Shown here: positions 10,052 through 20,513 of the stretch, one piece after another
How positions within the stretch are numbered: position 1 is the first letter of the stretch
How the letters are laid out: each line of letters opens with the position of its first letter
The notes under the pieces: generated by a model
Databases searched by the model: none
What the model saw: the letters and a program-made list of their open reading frames with translations, nothing else
Told to the model about the DNA's origin: nothing
Translations under genes and position numbers: made by a program
Source of the DNA: an uncultured Chloroflexia bacterium
GTDB lineage: Bacteria; Chloroflexota; Limnocylindria; Limnocylindrales; CSP1-4
NCBI GenBank assembly: GCA_963764785.1
Contig: CAVXTU010000004.1
Coordinates: 340,566 to 404,565 of the forward strand
Direction: 5' to 3'
DNA: 64,000 nt

Positions 10052-11669
10052 GTGACTGAAGACCTGTCCGTCACGCCGCCTGGCTCGACCGCGGAGGACT
10101 CGATCCCCGCGGTCGAGCTCATCGAGATCACCAAGGCCTTCCCGGGCGTGGTCGCCAACGACCACATCAGCCTCAGGGCGATGCCCGGCGAGGTGCTCTG
10201 CCTGCTCGGCGAGAACGGAGCCGGCAAGTCCACCCTGATGAGCATCCTGTCCGGGCTGTACCAGCCCGACAGCGGCTCCATCAAGGTGGACGGCAAGGCG
10301 GTCGGCATCGACTCCCCCAAGGGCGGACGCGAGCTGGGCATCGGCATGGTCTACCAGCATCTGAGCCTGATCCCCACGCTCTCGGTGCTCGAGAACCTCA
10401 TGCTCGGGTCCAACGAAGGCATCGTGCTCGACGCTGGGGCCGCCCACGACCGATTGACCGAGCTGTCGGCCATGCTCGGTCTGACCATCGACCCCGAAGC
10501 CCGGACCGGCACGCTTTCGCTGGGGCAGCAGCAACAGATCGAGATCATCAAGGCACTCTGGAAGGGCTCGCGGGTGCTCATCCTCGACGAGCCGACCACG
10601 ATGTTGACGCCGCAGGGCATCGAGGAGCTGCAGAAGGTGCTGCTGCAGCTCAAGGCCAACGGCCTGGCCATCATCTTCATCACGCACAAGCTGCACGAAG
10701 CCATCGCCATCGGTGACAGGGTCGTGGTGCTCAAGCTGGGTCGGGTGGTCGGGGGTATCGGACCGGATGTGCTCCGAAGCTCGACCCCGCAGCAGCTCCA
10801 GGAGCGCATCGTCGGACTGATGTTCGGCGAGACCGAGGAGGCCACGAGCACGGATATCGCGGAGCTGCGCCAGGAGGCCAGCGTCAAGCGTGTGCAGCGG
10901 GCCACGACCGAGGCACCCATCCTGGAGGTCATCGAGGCCACGGCCCAGGGCGATCTCGGTCAGTACGGCATCACCGGCGATCTCGCTCGAGGTCAGGGGT
11001 GGCGAGATCCTGGGTGTTGGCGGCGTCGACGGCAACGGCCAGCGTCCGCTGGCGGAGGTCATCGCGGGACAGCAACGACTGAGCAGCGGCGACATCCGGG
11101 TCGCTGGTGAGTCGGTGACCCGGCTGGATGTCTCGGCGCGGCAGCGGCTGGGCCTCCGCTACGTCACCGATGACCGTCTCGGGGAAGGTGTCGTCGCGCC
11201 GTATGCGGTCAGCCTCAACATGGTGCTCAAGCGGATCGGCCAGCCACCGTTCTGGCGACGTGGCGCCATCGATCGCCCCAGGATCAACGAGACGGCGCGG
11301 CAGCTCATCGACGAGTTCGATATCCGCACGCCATCGGTCGAGACTCGCATCGGCGCCCTCAGCGGTGGCAACATCCAGAAGTCGCTGCTGGCCCGGGAAC
11401 TCAGCTTCGATCCCAAGGTCGTCGTGTTCAACAAGCCTACCCACGGGCTCGATGTGCGCACCATCGCCATGGTCCGGCAGCGTATCGGGGAGCTGGCTGA
11501 TCGCGGCGTGGCCATCATCGTCATCTCCACCGACCTCGATGAGCTGGTCGACATGTGCGATCGCGTGGCCGTCCTCTTCGAGGGGCGCATCGCCGGAACG
11601 GTGGACGTCGGCCCCGGTGCCGAGACCCGCATCGGTGAGCTGATCATCGGCATCGAGCAGGCGGCGTGA
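10052..11669 (+). CDS. ABC transporter ATP-binding protein with two ATPase domains (sugar/nucleoside type), one frame break
   Basis: First Walker A is GENGAGKST, with LSLGQQQQIEIIKAL and ILDEPT. The second domain, ISLEVRGGEILGVGGVDGNGQ...LSGGNIQK...VFNKPTHGLD, is in ORF 10890..11669. The shift is near 10965-10980. Confidence 0.88.
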
Positions 11670-12787
11670 CGGCATCCGCCACGACCCCCGATACCTTGGA
11701 CGCGGTCGAGGAGACTCCAAGCCGCTGGTCGCGATGGCTCACAGCAGCCCTGCTGTCCCTCATCCCCATCGGTCTGGCGCTTCTCGTCTCCGCCATCATC
11801 CTGGCGGTCCTGGGGGTGGACCCGGTCGCGTTCTACGGGGACATCCTCACCGCGGGCATCGTGCGCGAGTCCGGACGCGACGACACCATCGTCCGGATGG
11901 CACCGATCCTGCTCATCGGCAGCGGCATGATCTTCGCCTTCCGCGCCAGCCTCTGGAACCTGGGCACGGATGGCCAGTTCCTGCTCGCTGCAGCGTTCGT
12001 GGCCGGCCTGGGACCCTCGCTCCTGGCGGGCGTCCCGGCTGTCATCGGCTGGATCCTGATGGCGCTCCTGGCCATGCTCATCGGCGCCGCCTGGACCCTC
12101 ATCCCGTCACTGCTCAAGGCGCGCTATGGCATCAACGAGATCGTGACCACGCTGATGATGTCGTTCATCGGCGTCAACCTGGCCGTGATCCTGGTGAGCG
12201 GACCCTTCGACAGTCCCGCCGCGGTACCACAGACGGAGGTGATCCCGAGGGAGTCCATGCTGGCCGATATCCCGGGTACATCCATCCACATCGGCGTCGT
12301 GCTTGGTCTTGCGGTGTGCGCCTTCACCTATTACATCTTCTCGCGGACCTCGTTCGGAACCCGCCTTGACGTCTTGGGCGCGAGCCCTCGGGCGGCTGTC
12401 CACATGGGCATCGACGTGCCACGACTCATCGTCATCGCCTTCCTCATCAGCGGTGCCCTCGTCGGCCTCGCCGCGGCCGTGGACATCCAGGGCACCTTCG
12501 GCTATATGCGGGCGGACTGGAACCCGGCCTACGGCCTCGCCGTCGTGCCGCTCGTCTTCCTGGCCCGCATGAACGCCATCGCCCTGATCCCCTTCGCGGC
12601 GTTCTTCAGCATGCTCTCGATCGGTGGCCTGTACGCGGCGCGCCGGGCTTCCATCCCCAGCGACTTCGTCCTGCTGTTCATGGGCATCCTGCTGCTGTTC
12701 ATGGTCGGCACGCAGTACCTGAGCGACAAACGCGCCCGAGGCGAGCCGCTCATGCCGCGGTCGTTGCGGAGGGCGACCGATGGATGA
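11666..12787 (+). CDS. ABC transporter permease (BMP-type importer)
   Basis: 373-aa multi-span hydrophobic ORF. Its start overlaps the ATPase stop by 4 nt. Confidence 0.85.
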   Translation: MTASATTPDTLDAVEETPSRWSRWLTAALLSLIPIGLALLVSAIILAVLGVDPVAFYGDILTAGIVRESGRDDTIVRMAPILLIGSGMIFAFRASLWNLGTDGQFLLAAAFVAGLGPSLLAGVPAVIGWILMALLAMLIGAAWTLIPSLLKARYGINEIVTTLMMSFIGVNLAVILVSGPFDSPAAVPQTEVIPRESMLADIPGTSIHIGVVLGLAVCAFTYYIFSRTSFGTRLDVLGASPRAAVHMGIDVPRLIVIAFLISGALVGLAAAVDIQGTFGYMRADWNPAYGLAVVPLVFLARMNAIALIPFAAFFSMLSIGGLYAARRASIPSDFVLLFMGILLLFMVGTQYLSDKRARGEPLMPRSLRRATDG

Positions 12788-13715
12788 CCTGCTGACCCCG
12801 GCGTTCCTGACCACCGTGATCGCCAGCGGCCTCGTGGCCGGAGTGCCGCTGCTCTACGCCAGTCTCGGCGAGATCGTGGCCGAGCAGGCCGGCGTGCTGA
12901 ACGTCGGTCTCGAAGGCATGATGCTCATCGGCGCCTTCGTCGGCTTCGTGGCCACGCTCCAGAGCGACAGCATGTGGATCGGGTTGCTCGCCGGCGGCAT
13001 CGCCGGCGCCTTGACGGCCATGATCATGGTCCTCTTCTGTGTCCGCCTGGGCATGGACCAGATCGTGGTCGGTATCGGCATCGTCCTGGCGGCTGAGGGC
13101 AGCACCAGCCTGTTGCATACGACCTGGTTCTCACGCTCGTTTCCTCGCCTCCCCGGCGTCGAGGACTTCGCCATCCCGGTGCTGTCCGACATCCCCATCC
13201 TGGGCCCCAGCCTGTTCAGCCAACCGCTGCCGGTCTACCTGGCCATCGGGCTGGTCGTGCTGTTCAGCTGGTTGCTGCGCCGCACCACCTTCGGCCTGAA
13301 CACCCGAGCCGCAGGTGAGCGACCCGACTCACTCGACGCCGCCGGCGAGAGCGTCGTCCGCGTCCGCACCATGGCCGAGCTGACAGCCGGTTCCCTGGCC
13401 GGTGTCGGGGGTGCCTACCTGTCGATCGTGGCAGCCGGAACGTTCGTGCCGTTCGTGACCGGCGGTGCCGGCTTCATCGCCATCGTCATCGCCATGCTGG
13501 CACGCGGGCGGCCGTTCTGGTCGATCATCGGCGCATTGCTCTTTGGCATGTCACTCTCGCTCATCCCCGCACTCCAGCTGGTGGGCATCGATATCCCCAC
13601 CTCGTTCGTGTTCATGCTGCCGTTCGTTTCGGTCATCGTGGTGCTCATCATCTTCGCCCGACAGTCCCGCCTGCCCGCCGCCCTGGGACTCCCCTATCAC
13701 CGAGGAAGCCGCTGA
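12780..13715 (+). CDS. ABC transporter permease (BMP-type importer)
   Basis: 311-aa multi-span hydrophobic ORF overlapping the preceding permease by 8 nt. Confidence 0.85.
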   Translation: MDDLLTPAFLTTVIASGLVAGVPLLYASLGEIVAEQAGVLNVGLEGMMLIGAFVGFVATLQSDSMWIGLLAGGIAGALTAMIMVLFCVRLGMDQIVVGIGIVLAAEGSTSLLHTTWFSRSFPRLPGVEDFAIPVLSDIPILGPSLFSQPLPVYLAIGLVVLFSWLLRRTTFGLNTRAAGERPDSLDAAGESVVRVRTMAELTAGSLAGVGGAYLSIVAAGTFVPFVTGGAGFIAIVIAMLARGRPFWSIIGALLFGMSLSLIPALQLVGIDIPTSFVFMLPFVSVIVVLIIFARQSRLPAALGLPYHRGSR

Positions 13716-14197
13716 TGCAACTGAACGACGAATTCGTCATCCCTGTCGCGCCCGATCGAGCCTATGCCCTGCTGCTGGAGCTTGAGAACGTGGCGGGCTG
13801 TGTGCCCGGCGGCCAGATCGAACCCCCGGACGCGGAGGGTGTCTACGCCGGGCGGGTCGTGGTCAAGCTAGGTCCCATGAAATTCACCTATGACGGCACC
13901 CTGCGGATCACCGAGCAGGATGTGGAAGCTCGAACGGCCGTCATCGAAGGTGCCGGCAAGGCATCGGGCGGCTCGGACAGCGCCAGGGTCCGTTCGTTGA
14001 TGGAAGTCCTGCCCGAGGGTGCGGGATCACGCGTGCGCATGACCACCGACCTGGACATGAAGGGACGCGCCGCACAGATGGGCGCCGGCATCATCGCCCC
14101 GGTCAGCCGACGCATGGTCAAGCAGGCAGCTGAATGCCTGGCCGCCAAGCTGACCGCCACCGACGCCGCCGCGAACGACGGGTCGCCAGCGACCTGA
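13715..14197 (+). CDS. CoxG-like SRPBCC-fold protein (accessory subunit of Mo-hydroxylases)
   Basis: 160-aa ORF MQLNDEFVIPVAPDRAYALLLELENVAGCVPGG...KLGPMKFTYDGTLRI, the pattern typical of CoxG. It starts on the last base of the permease stop. Confidence 0.75.
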   Translation: MQLNDEFVIPVAPDRAYALLLELENVAGCVPGGQIEPPDAEGVYAGRVVVKLGPMKFTYDGTLRITEQDVEARTAVIEGAGKASGGSDSARVRSLMEVLPEGAGSRVRMTTDLDMKGRAAQMGAGIIAPVSRRMVKQAAECLAAKLTATDAAANDGSPAT

Positions 14198-14225
14198 CCG
14201 CCCGGATCAAGCAAGGAGCCGAGAT

Positions 14226-15389
14226 ATGGAACCAGCAGACCTCACCCTGACCGCGGGGCCCAACCCGGTATCGGCGCGCGTCAGCGCCGCGCTTGGCGCA
14301 CCCATCATGTACCACTACGACCCCGTCTTCGCGGAGCACTTCCGCGACACCGAGCGCATGGTGGCCCAGATCTATGGCACGACCAGTCACGAGATCATCC
14401 TGATGCAGGGCGAGGCCATCCTGGGCCTGGAGGCCGCGGCGCGCGCGCTGGTCCGCGAAGGTACCTCGTGCCTGAACCTGGTGTCGGGCGTCTTCGGCAA
14501 GGGCTTCGGCTACTGGCTGACCGCCATCGGGGCCGACCTGCATGAGATCGAGGTGCCGTACGACGAGGCCGTCACCGGCGAGGCGGTGGATGCATACCTG
14601 ACCGAGCATCCAGAGATCAGCGTGGTCAGCGTGGTGCACTCGGAGACCCCATCGGGCACACTCAATCCGCTGTGGGACATCGGTCCCATCGCGCGGCGCC
14701 ATGGAGCGGTCACCATCGTGGACTGTGTTTCCTCATGGGCGGGCATCGAGCTCAAGCCCGAGGAGTGGCAGCTCGACCTCCTCGTCGCAGGTCCTCAGAA
14801 GTGCCTCGGCGGGCCTCCCGGCATGTCTCTGGTCGCCGTGAGCGAAGCAGCCTGGGCCGCGATCGAAGCCAACCCCGACGCGCCACGAGGCTCGTTCCTG
14901 TCCCTGCTGGACTGGCGCGACACGTGGCACGGCAAGGGCGCGTTCCCGTACACGCCCTCGGTGTCAGACCTCAATGGCGTCCATGCAGCCTGTGCGCAGC
15001 TGCTCGACGAAGGGCTGGACAAGTCCATCGCGCGGCACCAGCGTGTCTTCGACGCCTGCTGGGCCGGGGTCGAAGGCATGGGTTTGCGCCCATGGCCGGT
15101 ATCGAAGGCCATCGGCTCTGCCTGCGCGACCGCCATCCGGGTCCCCGATGGGCTGACCGATATCGAGGTCCGCGACCACGTTCGCGAGCGCTACCTCGTG
15201 CAGATCTCTGCCGGCCAGTCTGCCGGCAACCTCGTCCGTATCGGCCACCTGGGGAACACCGCGCGACCGATGTTCATGGTGGCTGGGCTGGCCGCCCTGG
15301 GACAGGGGCTGGCCGACCTTGGCGCAAAGGTCGATGTCGGCGCCGGCGTGGCTGCGGCCATGGCCTCGCTGTCGGATTCGGCCGGCTGA
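14226..15389 (+). CDS. class V pyridoxal-phosphate aminotransferase (alanine/serine-glyoxylate type), paralog 1
   Basis: 387-aa ORF with VSVVHSETPSGTLNP, IVDCVSSWAG and AGPQKCLGGPPG (candidate PLP lysine). GGAG lies upstream of the ATG. Confidence 0.85.
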   Translation: MEPADLTLTAGPNPVSARVSAALGAPIMYHYDPVFAEHFRDTERMVAQIYGTTSHEIILMQGEAILGLEAAARALVREGTSCLNLVSGVFGKGFGYWLTAIGADLHEIEVPYDEAVTGEAVDAYLTEHPEISVVSVVHSETPSGTLNPLWDIGPIARRHGAVTIVDCVSSWAGIELKPEEWQLDLLVAGPQKCLGGPPGMSLVAVSEAAWAAIEANPDAPRGSFLSLLDWRDTWHGKGAFPYTPSVSDLNGVHAACAQLLDEGLDKSIARHQRVFDACWAGVEGMGLRPWPVSKAIGSACATAIRVPDGLTDIEVRDHVRERYLVQISAGQSAGNLVRIGHLGNTARPMFMVAGLAALGQGLADLGAKVDVGAGVAAAMASLSDSAG

Positions 15390-15392
15390 TCG

Positions 15393-16283
15393 ATGCCGAC
15401 CCTCGCTCCCTTCGAGATCCACCGCGCCAGCTCGGTCGCCGAGGCCAGCGGGCTCATCGATGAGTTGGGCGACGACGCGGTCCTCTACTCGGGCGGCACC
15501 GAGCTGCTGCTCCTGATGAAGCTGGGCTTCGCGTCGTACGGCCACCTGGTGGACATCAAGGGCATCGAGGAGCTGACCCGGCTGGAAGTCTCCGATGGGT
15601 CGCTGCGGATCGGAGCTGCCGTGACCCATCGCACGCTCGAGCGTTCCCCGGCAGTCCAGGCCGGCTGGCCCGACCTGGTGGCCATGGAACGGCGCGTGGC
15701 CAACGTGCGCGTTCGCAACACGGGCTCGCTCGGGGGCAACCTCGCGTTCGCCGATCCACACTCCGATCCGGCCACCTTCCTGTTGGCGGCCGGTGCCTCG
15801 GTGCAGCTGGGTCGCGGTGACGCGAGGCGTTCGATGCCCATCGCCGACTTCGTGGTGGGACCCTACGAGACCGCGCTCGACGACGCTGAGCTGGTGTGCA
15901 CCATCGAGCTGCCGGCATTCCCCCATGGCGCAGCGGCATCCCACCTGCGCTTCGCCTTCCATGAGCGCCCCGCTGCGACGGTCAGCGCCTGGATCGTCCA
16001 GGCCGATGGGCAGATCAGCGATGCCCGCGTGGCCGTCGGATCGGTGGGCGTCGTCCCGGTGCTGGTGCCTGGGGCGGCCGAGGCACTGACGGGGCAACCG
16101 GCGAGTGCGGTCGATGAGGAGGTCCTGAAGGCCCTGGGCCGCGCCGGTGCGGATGCGTCGGAGCCGGTCACCGACTCCAACGGCAGTGATGACTACAAGC
16201 ACGCATTGGTGCGAACGCTCATCGGCCGGGCGGTCCGGGAGGCGGCCGGCAAGGCAGCGGCAAACATGGAGGCAGCCTCATGA
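15393..16283 (+). CDS. FAD-binding medium subunit of a xanthine-dehydrogenase-family molybdenum hydroxylase (CoxM-like)
   Basis: 296-aa ORF with LYSGGTELLLLMKLG and NTGSLGGNLAFADPHSD, typical of the FAD_binding_5/CO-dehydrogenase flavoprotein fold. Confidence 0.85.
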   Translation: MPTLAPFEIHRASSVAEASGLIDELGDDAVLYSGGTELLLLMKLGFASYGHLVDIKGIEELTRLEVSDGSLRIGAAVTHRTLERSPAVQAGWPDLVAMERRVANVRVRNTGSLGGNLAFADPHSDPATFLLAAGASVQLGRGDARRSMPIADFVVGPYETALDDAELVCTIELPAFPHGAAASHLRFAFHERPAATVSAWIVQADGQISDARVAVGSVGVVPVLVPGAAEALTGQPASAVDEEVLKALGRAGADASEPVTDSNGSDDYKHALVRTLIGRAVREAAGKAAANMEAAS

Positions 16284-17404
16284 GCCGACCATCGGACGCG
16301 AACCTGATGGAGAGCGTGGCCAGTTCCGAGGCGGCGGTCCGCGAGACCATCGGATTCATCCATGGGCATCCCGAGCTGCCGCACGCGGAGCACGAGTGCT
16401 CGCGACACCTGATGGCCGTGTTCAGCTCGCTCGGCATGCAGGTGGAGCCAGGGCTGGCGGGCATGGCCACCGGGTTCCGGGCCACGCTCGAAGGCGCGCA
16501 GCCAGGCCACACCGTCGGCATCGTGGGGCTGTACGACGCGGTCGCCTCGGTCCCGCCCGAGGGGGGCATCAAGGCGGTGCACTCCTGTGGCCACGGATCC
16601 ATCTCGGGCGGGGTGGTGGGTGCGCTCACCGCGCTGGCAGCACATCGTGACGACCTCAGCGGCTCGGTCGTAGTGATGGGCTGCCCGGCCGATGAGATCC
16701 ATGCTCCGGGCACCGTCGCCCGTGGCAGCGGCAAGGCGATCAGCGCCGATGCCGGGGCCTGGGACGACATCGATGCGGCCCTGTACGTTCACCCCGAGTA
16801 CATCGATACGGTCTCGCAGAGCTCGCTGTGGATGCGTCGGCTCACCGCTCGTGTGGCCGGCAGCCGGTCCCTGACCGACGGGGTCGAGCAGGCACCGCTC
16901 GGTGCCGGAGCCATCGCATTGGAGGTGATTCGGACGCTTCCCGCAGGGCGAGCCATGCTCGAGCGCATGGAGCTCGATGGCGACGTAGAGGAAGGTGGCG
17001 GACTCGTCAATCGCATGACCTTCCTGGTCTGGGCCGATGACGAAGCCGGAATCGAGAACCTGGCCAGCCAGTTGCGCGCTCGGATCGCGGCTGAGTGGAC
17101 GACCGGCACCACCGTTCCCGCCATCGTGCCCGACCACGCGATCACCACCGCCGTGGCCGATGCCATGGGCGTGGCGGGTCGGGACTTCGTGGCGGATCCG
17201 CCACAGCTCCCCTTCGCGACCGACTTCGGGACCGTGACGAGGCGGGTGCCAAGCGCGCTGATCGGCGTCGGTCGAGCGGGTGGCTGGGCCTTCCATACGC
17301 CGCTCGGTGAGCAGCAATTCGCTTCCGAGGACGGGGTGATCGCGGCCATGCGGATGGCTGAGGTCCTGGCGCTCTCTGCGGTCAGGCTGACGACTCCGGC
17401 CTGA
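16280..17404 (+). CDS. M20-family amidohydrolase (AbgB/hippurate-hydrolase-like)
   Basis: 374-aa ORF with IHGHPELPHAEHECSRHL and HSCGHG. 4-nt overlap with the coxM-like gene. Confidence 0.75.
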   Translation: MSRPSDANLMESVASSEAAVRETIGFIHGHPELPHAEHECSRHLMAVFSSLGMQVEPGLAGMATGFRATLEGAQPGHTVGIVGLYDAVASVPPEGGIKAVHSCGHGSISGGVVGALTALAAHRDDLSGSVVVMGCPADEIHAPGTVARGSGKAISADAGAWDDIDAALYVHPEYIDTVSQSSLWMRRLTARVAGSRSLTDGVEQAPLGAGAIALEVIRTLPAGRAMLERMELDGDVEEGGGLVNRMTFLVWADDEAGIENLASQLRARIAAEWTTGTTVPAIVPDHAITTAVADAMGVAGRDFVADPPQLPFATDFGTVTRRVPSALIGVGRAGGWAFHTPLGEQQFASEDGVIAAMRMAEVLALSAVRLTTPA

Positions 17405-17406
17405 CC

Positions 17407-17851
17407 ATGCGAGGTATGGTCGCCGCGGTGGTGGCACTGATCATTGCCAGCCTGCTCCTCGTCGTCGTTGGGACATGGGCGCCACCGCTGGCCCGGACGT
17501 GCTCAGCGAACCTTTCCGAGGCCGCTTGCGAGAGCGCCGTCGATGCCGTGCTGCGGCGCGGCCTGCCGCCACTCCACCCGCTGATCCTGGGTGCGCATGT
17601 CGAACCCGGCGCCGCCCCCGGCTCCGACCAGTTCGGCCATCGCGCTACGGTGGATCTTCGATCTCCTGGGCGTGCCGGGCCCGACGTCGGTCGAGCTCTT
17701 CTTCGATGAGGGCGCACATTGGGGTGGCGAATCCGACCGGTCGGGCAGCGAGATGGCGGCATGGGCAGTGGCGCCGCTGCTCGTGGCCATCGTCGTGGCC
17801 GTCCTCCTGCTGGGGCTGACATGGCGCCGCCGATCCAGGGTCAGGGCGTGA
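17407..17851 (+). CDS. hypothetical membrane protein (N- and C-terminal hydrophobic helices), possible frame break
   Basis: ORF 17407..17709 starts with VAAVVALIIASLLLVVVG. ORF 17591..17851 ends with AVAPLLVAIVVAVLLLGLTWRRR. They join plausibly near 17640-17660. No recognisable family. Confidence 0.35.
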
Positions 17852-18872
17852 GCAGCACCTTGATGGCTTCGCGAGCGTCGAACACACGGTAGGCCTCCTG
17901 CGCCTGCGCCAACGGGAAGCGATGCGTGATCGCCACCCGCGGATCGATGGCACCCTCGGCGATCATCGCCAGGAGGCGCTCACGATCCCGGAAGGGATGG
18001 CCCCAGGTGACGCGCAGGGTCATCTCACGCTCGAACATGAGGGCATTGTTCAGCGGGAAGTCGGGCTCGAAATGTGCCCCCACCACCGAGACCGTGCCCA
18101 GACCGCGGACCAACGACATGGCCGCGGTCAGGGCGGCAGGGCTGCCGGCTGCCTCGATGACGCCGTCGGCCCCGAGACCCTCGCTGGCCGCGTCGACCGC
18201 GGCTGCGGCATCATCGGGCGCCACTGCCTCCGCTCCAAGCGACGCTGCCAGGTCCCGGCGCGACGAGATGCCATCGACAGCGATGACCTTCCGGGCGACG
18301 CGCACGGCGAACAGGATGGCCATCAGGCCGACCGTGCCACAGCCCAGGACCACGACCACGTCGCCCTGTTCCAGATCGGCACGCTTGACCGCGTTGTAGC
18401 CGGTCGGCAGCATGTCGGCCACGAACACGGCCGACTCATCGGGGACCTCGTCGGGCAGGACGAAGAGGCCACGATCCGCGAAGGGCACCCGCACCAGCTC
18501 GGCCTGGCCGCCATCGAGGCGCTGGTACACGCCCGAGTAGCCGAAGAGTGCTCGCCCCAGGCACTGTGAAGGTCGGCCGGCGCGACAATGCAGACAGTCG
18601 CCGCAGGAGATGGTGCTCGTCGAGACGACGCGATCGCCGGGCTTGAGCGTCCCGACTCCTGAGCCGATCTCCTCGACCACGCCCACGAACTCGTGACCAA
18701 GGATGGTGCCGTCCTCGAAGCCGGGGGTGTGGCCATGGAATGGAAAGAGGTCGGCACCACACAACCCCGTCGTCGTGACCCGGACGATGGCATCTCCGGC
18801 ATCGATGATGGTCGGCTCTGGGACTGACTCGAGACGCAGGTCCCCCACACCTGCCAAGACGACGGCCTTCAT
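17841..18872 (-). CDS. zinc-dependent medium-chain alcohol dehydrogenase/reductase
   Basis: Start MKAVVLAGVGDLRLE at 18872 with AGGAGG upstream. Motifs GHEFVGVVEEIG, CGDCLHCRAG and VVVLGCGTVGL. Confidence 0.88.
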   Translation of the reverse strand: MKAVVLAGVGDLRLESVPEPTIIDAGDAIVRVTTTGLCGADLFPFHGHTPGFEDGTILGHEFVGVVEEIGSGVGTLKPGDRVVSTSTISCGDCLHCRAGRPSQCLGRALFGYSGVYQRLDGGQAELVRVPFADRGLFVLPDEVPDESAVFVADMLPTGYNAVKRADLEQGDVVVVLGCGTVGLMAILFAVRVARKVIAVDGISSRRDLAASLGAEAVAPDDAAAAVDAASEGLGADGVIEAAGSPAALTAAMSLVRGLGTVSVVGAHFEPDFPLNNALMFEREMTLRVTWGHPFRDRERLLAMIAEGAIDPRVAITHRFPLAQAQEAYRVFDAREAIKVLLTP

Positions 18873-18882
18873 GGCTGGCCTC

Positions 18883-19284
18883 CTATGCCGGTTGCTCGAT
18901 CTCGACGAGGTAGCCGTCCGGGTCGACCACGAAGAAGCGCAGGCCACCCCACGGCGGCGCGTATGGCTCGGCGAGGATAGTCACGCCCTCGGCGACGAGT
19001 CCCTGATGGACGGCGGCCGCGTCGCTCACCTCCAGTACCAGCACGGCTGATTGCCTGGAACGGTCGGACGGGACGAGCAACTCCACACCTGGACGATCCT
19101 CGGCCGGGTGGCCCTGCTCACCGAGCGACAGCCGGACGCCGTTGCGGATGAGCGTCGCATATGGCGGATCCTCGTACGTGGCATCGACGATGAAGCTGAG
19201 GTGATCACGATAGAAGGCCACGGAACGTTCGACGTCCGAGACCGCAAGGATGGTGCCGACGCGGTCGACCCTGAACTTGGCCAT
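18883..19284 (-). CDS. glyoxalase/bleomycin-resistance/dioxygenase (VOC) family protein
   Basis: Start MAKFRVDRVGTILAVSDVERSVAFYRDHL at 19284 with GGAGGA upstream. About 133 aa, with a C-terminal FFVVDPDGYLVEI motif. Confidence 0.8.
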   Translation of the reverse strand: MAKFRVDRVGTILAVSDVERSVAFYRDHLSFIVDATYEDPPYATLIRNGVRLSLGEQGHPAEDRPGVELLVPSDRSRQSAVLVLEVSDAAAVHQGLVAEGVTILAEPYAPPWGGLRFFVVDPDGYLVEIEQPA

Positions 19285-19297
19285 GTTCTTTCCTCCG

Positions 19298-20503
19298 CTA
19301 CGCCGGCACGGCGAGCCGCTTGCCGATGACGCTCGCGCCCAGGACTTCGATGGAGGCTTCCACACCGGCTCCGATGTCGACCGAGACGCCGAAGTCGCGC
19401 AGGCCCTTGCCGAGCGCGACCAGTGCAACGACCGGATGCAGCGACGTGGCCGCCGGGCCCATGTGCCCGATGCGGAACACCGCCGTCTTCATGCTGGCGT
19501 GCTCGCCATCAGAAAGCTGGACCTCGTACGCCGCCAGTACGTGGTCGATGACCGCAGCATTGCTGATGCCGGCGGGCGTGCTGATCGAGGTAGCCGCATG
19601 TGAAGCGATGGAGTCGTCGGGGACCCACAGGCTCAGGCCCATCGCCCGGGCACCGGCTCGACAAGCCTCAGCAGCTTTGCGATGCTGTGCGAAGCTGGCG
19701 TCAAGGCCTTCGTCGAGGAGGCGATCAAGCACCGCCTCCAACCCGTTGATCTCGGCCACCGACGTGATGTATGGGAACTGCTTGTGCCCACCGTCGATCC
19801 AGGTGTCCTTCCAGTCGAGCAGCGAGAGGTACGAACCGCGCGGTGCCGCGGGGTTCTCACGCATGGCTCGCCAGGCCCGCTCACTGACCGCCGCCGGCGC
19901 GATCCCGGGCGAGCCGCCCAGGCACTTGTGGGTACCACCGACCGTGATGTCGAGGCCCCATGCGTCGTGCTCGATGGGCGTGCCAGCGAACGCGGAGACC
20001 GCGTCGGTGATGACCAGCGCTCCAGCCGCTCGGGCGATCGGGCCGATCTCGGCCATCGGGTTGAGACTGCCCGAAGGAGTCTCGGAATGCACCACCGAGA
20101 CGATCCGCGTGTCGGGGTTCGCGGCAAGCACGCGTTGGACCTCGACCGGGTCGATGGCCTCGTTCCAGGGCACCTCGATCTCGATGACCTCGGCGTCGAG
20201 CGCACGTAGCCAGTCTCCGAACCACTTGCCGAAGATGCCCGAGACGAGGTTGAGGCATTTCATCTCCGGCTGGACCAGGCCCCTGGCCGCGGCCTCCAGG
20301 CCAAGGACCGCCTCCCCCATCATCAGGACGACGTCACCCTCGGTGCCAAAGATCCGGGCCATCTTGCGCTCCACGCTGGCGAAGCGCTCCAGGTACAGCG
20401 GCTCGTACTCAAAGGGCATGGGCCGGCCCAGACCTTCGCGAGCGATAGCCCACGAAGCCGCCGGCCCTCCCGCGTAGTTGAAGGCCGCTTGTCGCCTGGT
20501 CAT
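19298..20503 (-). CDS. class V pyridoxal-phosphate aminotransferase, paralog 2
   Basis: Inner start MTRRQAAFNY at 20503. Shares long identical blocks with the 14226..15389 product: GEAxLGLEAAAR, CLNLVSGxFGK, VSVVHSETPSGxLNP, KCLGGxPG, PRGSxLSLLDWxDTW, LLDEGLD. Confidence 0.85.
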   Translation of the reverse strand: MTRRQAAFNYAGGPAASWAIAREGLGRPMPFEYEPLYLERFASVERKMARIFGTEGDVVLMMGEAVLGLEAAARGLVQPEMKCLNLVSGIFGKWFGDWLRALDAEVIEIEVPWNEAIDPVEVQRVLAANPDTRIVSVVHSETPSGSLNPMAEIGPIARAAGALVITDAVSAFAGTPIEHDAWGLDITVGGTHKCLGGSPGIAPAAVSERAWRAMRENPAAPRGSYLSLLDWKDTWIDGGHKQFPYITSVAEINGLEAVLDRLLDEGLDASFAQHRKAAEACRAGARAMGLSLWVPDDSIASHAATSISTPAGISNAAVIDHVLAAYEVQLSDGEHASMKTAVFRIGHMGPAATSLHPVVALVALGKGLRDFGVSVDIGAGVEASIEVLGASVIGKRLAVPA

Positions 20504-20513
20504 CGTGGCGCCC

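Noticed and set aside
9179-11095. Very long ORFs antisense to clear genes, for example 9179..11095 (-, 638 aa), 4665..6299 (+, 544 aa), 40755..42320 (+, 521 aa), 38971..40446 (+, 491 aa), 16193..17437 (-), 14964..16202 (-), 62596..63714 (+, opposite tuf).
   Set aside because: They overlap genes with unmistakable conserved products on the other strand. Their translations are Arg/Gly/Ala/Pro/Asp-rich low-complexity strings with no family signatures. Stop-free shadow frames like these are expected in high-G+C DNA.
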